Assembly (NCBI GenBank): GCA_964589835.1
Contig: CAZPUU010000002.1
Location: 1-43,575 of the forward strand
Reading direction: 5' to 3'
Source: an uncultured Gammaproteobacteria bacterium
GTDB lineage: Bacteria; Patescibacteriota; Microgenomatia; Levybacterales; GWA1-39-11
DNA length: 43,575 nucleotides
Below the pieces are notes generated by a model that saw only the letters and a program-made list of their open reading frames with translations, was not told the origin of the DNA and made no database searches. Shown piece after piece: positions 28,869-35,920 of the stretch (its first letter is position 1; each line of letters opens with the position of its first letter). Position numbers and translations under genes: made by a program.

Positions 28869-29053
28869 TGGGACCCATACTCAAAGGCAATCTCGAATCC
28901 ATCCTACGACAACGCAGGGCGATCCGCCACTGGTTGTCCCAACCAAACCCTGAGCTCGGCGGCCAAACGCCGGACTCATACCTTGAAAAAGGAAAGGAGG
29001 ACGAAGTCAACCGGGTTCTTCTAAAAACCCTGGGCCACTGGGTGCACTATTGA
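28868..29053 (+). CDS. DUF2384-like (Xre/MbcA/ParS antitoxin toxin-binding domain) small protein
   Basis: 61 aa. RHWLSQPNPELGGQTPDSYLEKGKEDEVNRVLLKTLGH fits the W-L-x-x-P-N-x-x-L-G-G-x-x-P ... V-x-x-x-L pattern of DUF2384 (recognised by eye). Confidence 0.5.
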   Translation: MGPILKGNLESILRQRRAIRHWLSQPNPELGGQTPDSYLEKGKEDEVNRVLLKTLGHWVHY

Positions 29054-29150
29054 CCCTGGTCGATACCCCGGCACGCCCGGGGTCATCCCGTCGCATCTTC
29101 CGCTTTGGTCACCAAGGCGTAAGATCAACCACAAAGGAGCTGGAAACAAG

Positions 29151-29432
29151 ATGTCCTTCCTGAAAAGGAACAAACCTGCTGAAGCAACGGCTGCAGCACC
29201 CGCCACCAAACCCGGTATCGAACCGGCAACCGAATGGCTGGATAAGCCGGATGGAGCAACCGACGAAGAATTACGTGACGGCCGGACCATGCCGTTCTAC
29301 TCGCCCAACCCTGCGCACAAATGCGGCGGCTACATGCGCAACGCCAACGGCGTGGTTGTACTGTGTTGGTGCCGCTTCGGCGGCGACAACAACACTTCCT
29401 ACGCCAAACAGGCAGCCGCTGACTCAGCCTGA
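29151..29432 (+). CDS. hypothetical small protein
   Basis: 93 aa. AAGGAG lies 11 nt upstream of the ATG. Ala/Pro-rich N-terminus and a Cys-containing C-terminus. In GC-rich DNA, so a spurious ORF is possible. Confidence 0.35.
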   Translation: MSFLKRNKPAEATAAAPATKPGIEPATEWLDKPDGATDEELRDGRTMPFYSPNPAHKCGGYMRNANGVVVLCWCRFGGDNNTSYAKQAAADSA

Positions 29433-29456
29433 CATCCGCAACGCAATTTGGGTCTT

Positions 29457-29475
29457 CCGGCGCTTACCGCGCCGG
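29457..29475 (+). terminator. GC hairpin at the end of the GC-rich islet
   Basis: CCGGCGC-TTACC-GCGCCGG, located 25 nt after the stop of the 29151 ORF. No clear U-tract follows. Confidence 0.3.
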
Positions 29476-29529
29476 GGGACCCATCCACAAATATTCAAAG
29501 AAATGCGCAACTTTCCGGGGAATTTAAAA

Positions 29530-30933
29530 TTATTTCGTCTCAACCGTAACGGTTACTTCAACTTTTTTTCCGCATACAACCTCTGCCACTTTCACTAAGT
29601 CTTCAAATACCTTGTCCGATTTCAATCTCTCGGCATGTATCGGGAATGGGGTACTTATCGTCAGAATACTACCCTCCAGTAAAGCATTTTTTGCAGACCG
29701 CAAAAGAGCTGCTCCCGGTTTGTTGATTTTATTTAACTCGTTGAACAAATCAGAAAGCAAATTAGTGGACTTTGGAGAGATAACATTCGCTTTCGCAACC
29801 GGCACGTCATTTCTAGGTGTTTCAACTACACTGCTTTGGGTCTGTTGGCTTCCAATTTCCGGTTTTTTAGCATCCAGAATACAAAATTTTACAGTCATAA
29901 GTTCTAGAGGCAATGTCGGAATAACGGCAACTTTCAACTCGACGTATGCTTCATTCGACATCTCAAGCAAATTCTTAATATCTTCAATAGATAACCCTTT
30001 TATATCTTTTTCCCGGCTTTCTATCCCGTTTCTTAGCATAAGAAGACCCCGCAAATGGTCAACTATTCTTCCGATTACAACTTTAAAATCCGACCCGTTC
30101 ATGTGAAGCGTTGTAATTACTTCCAATGCTTTTTTTGCATCCCGCCGTGCGTACGCGCCCAAAAGATCGTAAATCTCCTCATACAAACCTTTTGTTTTGA
30201 AAGTATCGTCAAAAAGGGAGACCGTTATCTTTTTGCCTTTTGATGAGAGCACCAATTCCTCCAAAAGTTTTGCAGCATCCCGGAAAGCCCCGTCAGAAAC
30301 TTCGGCAACTTTCAAAAGCACTTCCTTTTCGATATCCAATTTTTCACCCAAAATAATTCTTTCAAGACTATTGGCTATCTGCGCATGGGTTGGTTTTTCA
30401 AACAGGATCTGAAAAGTACGCGACACAACCGTTGCGGGAAGCTTCCACAATTCTGTAGTTGCAAGAATAAATATTACATGACTTGGCGGCTCCTCAAGCG
30501 TCTTGAGTAATGCATTGAAAGCGCCTGTTGAGAGCATGTGCACTTCATCGATGATATAGACTTTGTATTTCAGAGTAGTAGACGCAAATTTCACCCGCTC
30601 GCGAAGTGTTCTCATCTCCTCTACTCCCCCGTTTGACGCTGCATCGATTTCCAGAACATCGATATTTGAACCGTTCGTAATTGAGGTGCATGCATCGCAT
30701 ACATTACACGGCTCTATGGCACTTGATCCCTTGTCCTTTGAAGTATGTCCGGTGCAATTTATCGCCTTTGCCAAAATCCTTGCACTTGATGTTTTGCCAA
30801 GACCCTTACTCCCCGTAAATAAAAATGCATGCGGCAGCTCTTTTGAAGATAAAATAGCGGTGAGCTTTTCCCTCACCGATGGAAGATCAAGATCTGAGAT
30901 TGTTTGAGGCCGGTATTTTCTGTAGTACACCAT
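29530..30933 (-). CDS. dnaX: DNA polymerase III subunit gamma/tau
   Basis: 467 aa. Walker A GSKGLGKTS, Zn module CNVCDACTS, IIDEVHMLS, and SRT-type sensor TVVSRTF. Confidence 0.9.
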   Translation of the reverse strand: MVYYRKYRPQTISDLDLPSVREKLTAILSSKELPHAFLFTGSKGLGKTSSARILAKAINCTGHTSKDKGSSAIEPCNVCDACTSITNGSNIDVLEIDAASNGGVEEMRTLRERVKFASTTLKYKVYIIDEVHMLSTGAFNALLKTLEEPPSHVIFILATTELWKLPATVVSRTFQILFEKPTHAQIANSLERIILGEKLDIEKEVLLKVAEVSDGAFRDAAKLLEELVLSSKGKKITVSLFDDTFKTKGLYEEIYDLLGAYARRDAKKALEVITTLHMNGSDFKVVIGRIVDHLRGLLMLRNGIESREKDIKGLSIEDIKNLLEMSNEAYVELKVAVIPTLPLELMTVKFCILDAKKPEIGSQQTQSSVVETPRNDVPVAKANVISPKSTNLLSDLFNELNKINKPGAALLRSAKNALLEGSILTISTPFPIHAERLKSDKVFEDLVKVAEVVCGKKVEVTVTVETK

Positions 30934-31030
30934 AGTTTTGAGCGTTTAGATGATTAGAGTTTTGCGTTTAGTTTATATATCATAGCTACGTAATAATCAA
31001 ACTTAACCCTACACGATATCTAACTAAACC

Positions 31031-31417
31031 CTACCTATGGTGGAATCCAAGAAGATGCATAAGGCTATGTTCTACCAATTCATTTACCCTGTCGTCGATA
31101 AGCATATTGTCACGCGCGCACTCCTCCACAACTTTGGGATATGAAAGTACTATGTCCCCCAAATATAATTTATCGGGATGCTGAACGACTCCTTCGCCTT
31201 CGGTTTGTGAGAAAGACAAGACATTAGTAGATTTATCGATATCTCTATATTTTTTATTCAAAGACCTCATTTTTCTGTTGCCGATAACAGCCACGCTAAC
31301 CTCAACAGGACTGGTAATATTTTGCTTCAAAAGCACTTTTATTATTGTTTCCTTTATCTTTTTCCGGTTGATCTTGTACCGGCTCTCCACGTAAATAGGA
31401 ATCGAAATAGCATTCAT
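31031..31417 (-). CDS. ybeY: rRNA maturation endoribonuclease YbeY
   Basis: 128 aa. C-terminal HSLMHLLGFHH, the H-x3-H-x5-H zinc motif. Confidence 0.85.
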   Translation of the reverse strand: MNAISIPIYVESRYKINRKKIKETIIKVLLKQNITSPVEVSVAVIGNRKMRSLNKKYRDIDKSTNVLSFSQTEGEGVVQHPDKLYLGDIVLSYPKVVEECARDNMLIDDRVNELVEHSLMHLLGFHHR

Positions 31418-31507
31418 AGCATTTAGAAATTTCTAGTTAACCTAGAAGCAGCTTTAATGTTGTCAAAATGAAACACGGGAATTAATTAGAAATTAAGAAC
31501 TAAACAA

Positions 31508-31693
31508 TTAATAATTATTGTGCTTGTTCATCTTCCGGGCCAACTCTTTTCTGAACTTTTTCGCCAAAGAAGGCTTTAGATGAAATTCCCTTTTTTTCAT
31601 TTCATGAATAATTCCCTCGCTCATAACCTTGCGGGAAAATTTTCTTATCATTGCGTCCGGACTATCACCGGGTTGTTTTTTTACAAAAACCAT
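31508..31693 (-). CDS. rpsU: 30S ribosomal protein S21
   Basis: 61 aa, basic. IRKFSRKVMSEGIIHEMKKREFHLKPS is a typical S21 core. Confidence 0.9.
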   Translation of the reverse strand: MVFVKKQPGDSPDAMIRKFSRKVMSEGIIHEMKKREFHLKPSLAKKFRKELARKMNKHNNY

Positions 31694-31716
31694 AATTTAA
31701 AAACACCACCTTTCAA

Positions 31717-31739
31717 ATATCTTGTTTACTACAAGATAT
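31717..31739 (-). promoter_or_regulatory. perfect 9-bp inverted repeat in the rpsU upstream region
   Basis: ATATCTTGT (31717-31725), TTACT, ACAAGATAT (31731-31739), 24-46 nt upstream of the rpsU ATG. A TATAAT-containing stretch lies just beyond it on the minus strand. Confidence 0.35.
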
Positions 31740-31793
31740 GCATATTATATTACAATCGTATCTGAATTTAAACCATCACAGGCGAAATACTAA

Positions 31794-31822
31794 TTGATCT
31801 GTCAAATATCCGGGCGTATAAT
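31794..31822 (+). promoter_or_regulatory. sigma70-like promoter of the GC-rich non-coding unit
   Basis: TTGATC (31794-31799), exactly 17-nt spacer, consensus TATAAT (31817-31822). Confidence 0.5.
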
Positions 31823-31828
31823 CTCCGT

Positions 31829-32590
31829 AACTGAAGTCCAAAGCTGCCAGCTTTGGGCGCAGGAGTTCTTTGACTTTATCGCATGTTCCATCCGGAAACC
31901 ACCGGATGTTGCAGTTGAATCCTATCAGCAGGAGGGTACGCGTATGTCGCTCACCGGTCTTTCCGGTAACAAGGGTCCTCCGGGATCCGCATCCTAACCG
32001 CGAAATGCGGTACGCAAAGGCGAAGATCAGATCTTCGCAGAAAGGACCGAAGCGTCGACGGATGGGGCTGACGGCCCCAAAACCGAGAGCTCATCCCCCG
32101 TGGAAAATCTACATGGACTTGCCGTCCGTACCTGCCAGGTACGGCTCTGCCGTCCATTTCTATCGCCAACGGCGAGCAAGTCGCGGGGACTCGACTCCTT
32201 TTGCCCGCTCTGTTGGCGGCAATGTCGATGGATCGGGTGCTTGCACCCGGTTCTCTCCCTGACCGGTGGGGGTTCTCCGGGACCCCCTTCCGGTTTTTCC
32301 AACTGCAAGCCGGGGCAGATTCCCGGCAACATCCTCAATTTTGGAGTATGGGAACATGTCCAAGATACGCTACGTGACGTCGGCCTCCGCCGTCACCTGA
32401 CGTTTCGCCGGGGGTCGCCGCATACCTTAGCGGCACCGCTCCCGGAAGGGAGCAACAAAAAGACACGGGGCAAAAGTCCTGATCCGTCGGTCACCCGAAT
32501 GCGCGGTGATACTCCGGTTCTCGGAACCGGCACCAACGGTGCCACCCCGTCTCGTCCCCGGCCGTCTCCACAAGAGGCGGCCGGGGGTTT
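31829..32590 (+). ncRNA. candidate large structured non-coding RNA of unknown class (about 760 nt)
   Basis: A 959-nt intergenic gap lies between rpsU and the HIT gene. Its core is about 60% GC (38 of 60 nt at 32221-32280) against AT-rich surroundings. It contains only overlapping Arg/Pro/Gly-rich ORFs in several frames on both strands. It holds at least 10 strong hairpins and is bracketed by a consensus promoter and a 13-bp GC hairpin. Confidence 0.45.
32556..32590 (+). terminator. terminator-like hairpin closing the GC-rich unit
   Basis: CCCCGGCCGTCTC-CACAA-GAGGCGGCCGGGG (13 bp including one G-U) followed by GTTTGAT. The U-tract is short. Confidence 0.4.
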
Positions 32591-32652
32591 GATAAATCCC
32601 CAGCAAAAATTACACCGTTATTTCTCTATAAATTGATTTCTACCAAAAGCTT

Positions 32653-32985
32653 TTACTGTATCGGTACATGAAGACCCGTTGGGCCAATGAGGTGAAAATG
32701 AAGATGATTGATAACTTGTCCCCCGCCGCCATTAACGATAATTTTATACCCTTTTCCGACAAGTTCGGTCTCCTCAATTATTTTCTGAATTCCTTTTCTT
32801 ACTGAAGCAAGGATTTCATCATCGTACAATTTTTCAAAGCTATCGACATGCTCCTTAGGTATAAATAAAACATGCACTTTTGCAACAGGGTGTATGTCAT
32901 CAAAAGCCAGTACATTCGCATCCTTGAAGCGGAATTCTTTCGGGATATCCCCCTTTACTATTTCGCAAAATATACAATCCGTCAT
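32653..32985 (-). CDS. HIT-family nucleotide hydrolase/transferase
   Basis: 110 aa. CIFCEI N-terminus and histidine triad HLHFHLIG. Confidence 0.9.
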   Translation of the reverse strand: MTDCIFCEIVKGDIPKEFRFKDANVLAFDDIHPVAKVHVLFIPKEHVDSFEKLYDDEILASVRKGIQKIIEETELVGKGYKIIVNGGGGQVINHLHFHLIGPTGLHVPIQ

Positions 32986-33076
32986 TGAATTTATTGTACC
33001 TCAAGAACGATCTATTTTAAATGCCTCACGGGGCATGACTTGTGATTCAAAAAATTGTTTGTTAGAATCGCTCATC

Positions 33077-34201
33077 ATGGTAAATCCACATGAATCACAA
33101 GAATTCACTGGCCAAATAGGCTATCCCATCGAACATGGTGCGAATGAACGGCACGAGAATGTCGGTATTATTCTTCCCGGTCAGGATGTAAGAAAAATCG
33201 GAATGTTCGACAAAATTATGCAATCCCCCGCAGGAGCCGAGGTTCTCGTTCGTGGGAATGATTATTTAAAAGAAAACTACGGATTTGACTTGTTGGAAAT
33301 GTCCAAAGAAATCCCCGATGAAGACGATGAGTCAAAACAAAAAAGAGCGGATACACTTCGCGAAACCCGGTTTACCCAGCCTGCGGTTTACCTTTTCTCC
33401 ATGGCTCTGCACAATATTAAAAGACACCACCTCAACGAACCCGGATACAGAACAACCCCTGAGCATCTTACAGGAATCAGTATGGGAATGGGAACCGCTG
33501 CCGTTCTGGCAGGCTACATGGATTTTGAGACAGGACTGATGTTCCATGCCGAGCGTGGACGCATCATGCAGGAGGAAAGTGATCCGACACCGACTTCCAT
33601 GGCAACACTTATCGGCGATGAGCAAAAGGTGAAAGCGTATCTTGCATTACCCGAAAATGAATCACTCGACCTTTGTATTGTTAATGCCGACAACCTTTTC
33701 GTTGTAGGCGGACCAGATAACCCCCCAGATCCCACCTCTCCGATGCAGCGGGTCAGACGCGAAGCAAAAGATCATGGATTCAAAAGAGTGATAGATGTTG
33801 ATACCGACAGGGCAATGCACGGGCGATACGTAAGACCCGCCAGGGAAGCCTTTGACCGACTTGTCGATGGTATAGAGTTCAAGGACGCGCACTCAGTTGT
33901 TATAAGCAGCATTACAGGTGAACCAATTTATAATGCGCACGACATGAAAGAAGAGCTCAAGCAAGGATTCGACCACACGATCGACAACAGACTTCCTCTG
34001 GAGTATATGAAAGAGCGAAAAATACATATTGTTTCTGAAGTGGGAAGTGAAAAAGGATTCTTTGCAAAAGCTCTTGGAAGTCACAAAGTACAAGCCGCTG
34101 CAGCAATTGGTGCGAGTCTTGTAGCCGCAGGACTTGTAACAGGATATGAAATTATGACTCACCATCATCCTTCTCACCCCGAAAACGGGAAAAAAGAGTA
34201 A
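33077..34201 (+). CDS. divergent FabD-like (malonyl-CoA:ACP transacylase superfamily) acyltransferase with C-terminal TM anchor
   Basis: The track ORF begins inside the HIT gene; plausible starts are ATG 33035 or 33077. Collinear with FabD by eye: ILPGQDVRKIGM / TRFTQPAVYLFS / GISMGMGTAAVLAG (GHSLGE position) / RGRIMQEE / AMHGRYVRPA. Has a C-terminal hydrophobic helix and a His-rich tail. Confidence 0.55.
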   Translation: MVNPHESQEFTGQIGYPIEHGANERHENVGIILPGQDVRKIGMFDKIMQSPAGAEVLVRGNDYLKENYGFDLLEMSKEIPDEDDESKQKRADTLRETRFTQPAVYLFSMALHNIKRHHLNEPGYRTTPEHLTGISMGMGTAAVLAGYMDFETGLMFHAERGRIMQEESDPTPTSMATLIGDEQKVKAYLALPENESLDLCIVNADNLFVVGGPDNPPDPTSPMQRVRREAKDHGFKRVIDVDTDRAMHGRYVRPAREAFDRLVDGIEFKDAHSVVISSITGEPIYNAHDMKEELKQGFDHTIDNRLPLEYMKERKIHIVSEVGSEKGFFAKALGSHKVQAAAAIGASLVAAGLVTGYEIMTHHHPSHPENGKKE

Positions 34202-34202
34202 T

Positions 34203-34712
34203 TTATTGTCTCTTCGGATTTGAGGACTTTCTTGCTTTTTTTACTACTTTTCCGAATGGATTTATCACCTTCCGGTAATTCTCTTCGTACTCTTTTTGTG
34301 CTTCTTCGGTTGCTCCAATATGCGGAAGGTGCCTTCTTACCTCCCGTAAAACTCTCAAATCGCTCAGTGAGGTCCGAAGACTCCCGGATGAGAGATTGCT
34401 GCATCTATCTGTAAATACATGTAAATTGTCCCGAACAAGACTTAGTCTTTCTGAATCAATTTCGATCCCGTGCGTTCCGAAATCTTGCAAAATCCCGTCA
34501 ACATTTTGATCCAAAAAACCTACGAGAATATTTGCGGATCCTACTGGTATTTTAGCACTCCAAATTCTCTCGTAAGGTTTTGGTTTTTCCCCGCTTGGGA
34601 GTAACTTTACCTGATCAAGTATTCCGGTAAGCTCTGAATGGACAGGACTTCCTATCCCGTCAGGAAATGCATTTAAGAAAGCTTGAGGTATGGGATATTT
34701 TTCGGCACCCAT
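34203..34712 (-). CDS. hypothetical protein
   Basis: 169-aa ORF 8 nt downstream of ychF on the same strand. Basic C-terminal tail; no motif recognised. Confidence 0.5.
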   Translation of the reverse strand: MGAEKYPIPQAFLNAFPDGIGSPVHSELTGILDQVKLLPSGEKPKPYERIWSAKIPVGSANILVGFLDQNVDGILQDFGTHGIEIDSERLSLVRDNLHVFTDRCSNLSSGSLRTSLSDLRVLREVRRHLPHIGATEEAQKEYEENYRKVINPFGKVVKKARKSSNPKRQ

Positions 34713-34720
34713 TGCAATAT

Positions 34721-35821
34721 TTACCTTCCTATTTTAAATTCTACTACGTCTCCGTCGTGCATGATGTAATCGCGTCCTTGAAGTCCTGCCTTTCCTTTTT
34801 CTCGTGCGCCCTTCCAGCCATTGCAGTCAACAAAATCGGAAAAACTCACAACCTCGGCTTTTATAAATTTATCCATAAAATCCGTGTGGATTTCACCGGC
34901 CGCCTCAACAGCGGTTGCACCAATTTTGACTGTCCATGCCCGTACCTCTTTTTCTCCGCAGGTAAGATATGACATGAGCCCCAATTTCTCGTACGCCTTT
35001 TGAATCAGCCTTTCAAGCCCGGATTTTTCAACGCCAAGTTCTTTCAAATACTCCTTTGCATCCTCATCACCTAATGCCGCAAGCTCCGATTCGATTTTTG
35101 CGCTTATCACGACAAAATTTTCCTTTTCCATACCCATAGCCTCCGCGTATTCGGAAATAATTGCGTCGAATTTTTCCTCCTGATAGTCTCCTTCTGTGAC
35201 ATTAAGAACGATAAGCTCGGGTTTTGAAGTCAAAAGCGATAACTGTTTTGACGCTGCCTCTTCCCCTTCGGTAAGCAAAGCGCTTCTTGCGGGAAGCCCT
35301 GTATTCATATGATTTTTGAGTTTTGTAACTGCGGAATTGAGAGTATTGTCGGTCCTTAGAGTTTTATCATTTACTTTCTGTAACGTATCAAGATCTGCAA
35401 GAAGAAGTTCGGTTGTGATTGTCTCGTAATCCTCTTTTATACCAACGCTCCCCTCACGGATCACGTCTTTGTCTTCAAAAGCCCTCACAACGTGCGCGAT
35501 CACTTTTACCTCCCGTATGTGCGAGAGAAATTTGTTGCCAAGACCTTCCCCTTCGTGCGCACCTTTGACTAACCCCGCAATATCAACGAATTCGATCATG
35601 GCTGGCTTGAGAGGCGGAAGCTCCGCCATCCCTTCCTCATTCTTTGTGATTTCGGCAAGTGTAGTGATGCGCTCATCAGGGACAGCAACCACCCCGACAT
35701 TTGGCTCTATGGTTGCAAATGGATAATTTGCAGCCAAAGCCGCCTGCTTTTTGAGCAAAGCATTGAACAATGTAGACTTTCCTACATTCGGCAACCCAAC
35801 AATTCCTACAGACAAATTCAT
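34721..35821 (-). CDS. ychF: ribosome-binding ATPase YchF
   Basis: 366 aa. G1 [18 protein letters not shown]3 DIAGLVKGA, and a C-terminal TGS-like domain ([31 protein letters not shown]). Confidence 0.93.
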   Translation of the reverse strand: MNLSVGIVGLPNVGKSTLFNALLKKQAALAANYPFATIEPNVGVVAVPDERITTLAEITKNEEGMAELPPLKPAMIEFVDIAGLVKGAHEGEGLGNKFLSHIREVKVIAHVVRAFEDKDVIREGSVGIKEDYETITTELLLADLDTLQKVNDKTLRTDNTLNSAVTKLKNHMNTGLPARSALLTEGEEAASKQLSLLTSKPELIVLNVTEGDYQEEKFDAIISEYAEAMGMEKENFVVISAKIESELAALGDEDAKEYLKELGVEKSGLERLIQKAYEKLGLMSYLTCGEKEVRAWTVKIGATAVEAAGEIHTDFMDKFIKAEVVSFSDFVDCNGWKGAREKGKAGLQGRDYIMHDGDVVEFKIGR

Positions 35822-35868
35822 AGTTTATTTTGAATGCAGTCCTGCGCAACGCCGCAGGATAGATTCAT
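35818..35868 (-). other. 16-codon scar ORF beginning with a truncated ychF start; its stop overlaps the ychF ATG
   Basis: ATGAATCTATCC... encodes [16 protein letters not shown]. Its TGA (35818-35820) overlaps the ychF ATG (35819-35821) as ATGA. On the minus strand, TATAAT lies 7 nt upstream of its ATG. It contains the hairpin CCTGCG-N6-CGCAGG (35841-35858). Confidence 0.4.
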
Positions 35869-35920
35869 GAAGGTAATTATAACAAAACTAATATGATTTT
35901 AGTTCACTAAGCTTGAATCA

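Larger units (their letters stand above)
28360..29531 (+). mobile_element. GC-rich inserted islet flanked by a 10-bp direct repeat
   Basis: ATTTAAAATT occurs at 28350-28359 and at 29522-29531, each overlapping the stop codon of a flanking convergent gene. The interior switches to about 60-68% GC (41 of 60 nt counted at 28741-28800). Confidence 0.45.

Noticed and set aside
31829-32590. Partial look-alikes of known RNAs: GAAGUCC and AAAGUCC (RNase P CR-I-like), GCAGAUUCCCGGCAAC (RNase P P4 3'-strand-like), GGGGCUGA (tmRNA 5'-like), and CUCCC-GGAA-GGGAGCAAC (SRP domain IV-like).
   Set aside because: No P1-P3 region precedes the CR-I-like site, and the putative P4 strands are not complementary. 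No T-arm or CCA-proximal acceptor is present for tmRNA. The GGAA stem lacks the conserved SRP symmetric-loop nucleotides. Only an Infernal scan can settle this, so the class is left unknown.
31794-32636. Six overlapping ORFs (60-178 aa) on both strands in the GC-rich rpsU-HIT gap as protein-coding genes.
   Set aside because: They overlap one another in different frames. They translate to Arg/Pro/Gly-rich low-complexity sequence with no motifs. They also lack SD-plus-ATG starts, and several begin at non-ATG codons. This is the pattern expected from stop-poor GC-rich non-coding DNA.
31792-32637. The 7-nt direct repeat AATTGAT flanking the GC-rich non-coding unit as a target-site duplication.
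   Set aside because: A 7-mer of this composition is expected by chance in AT-rich intergenic DNA. It is kept only as a weak note within the ncRNA finding, not as a feature.
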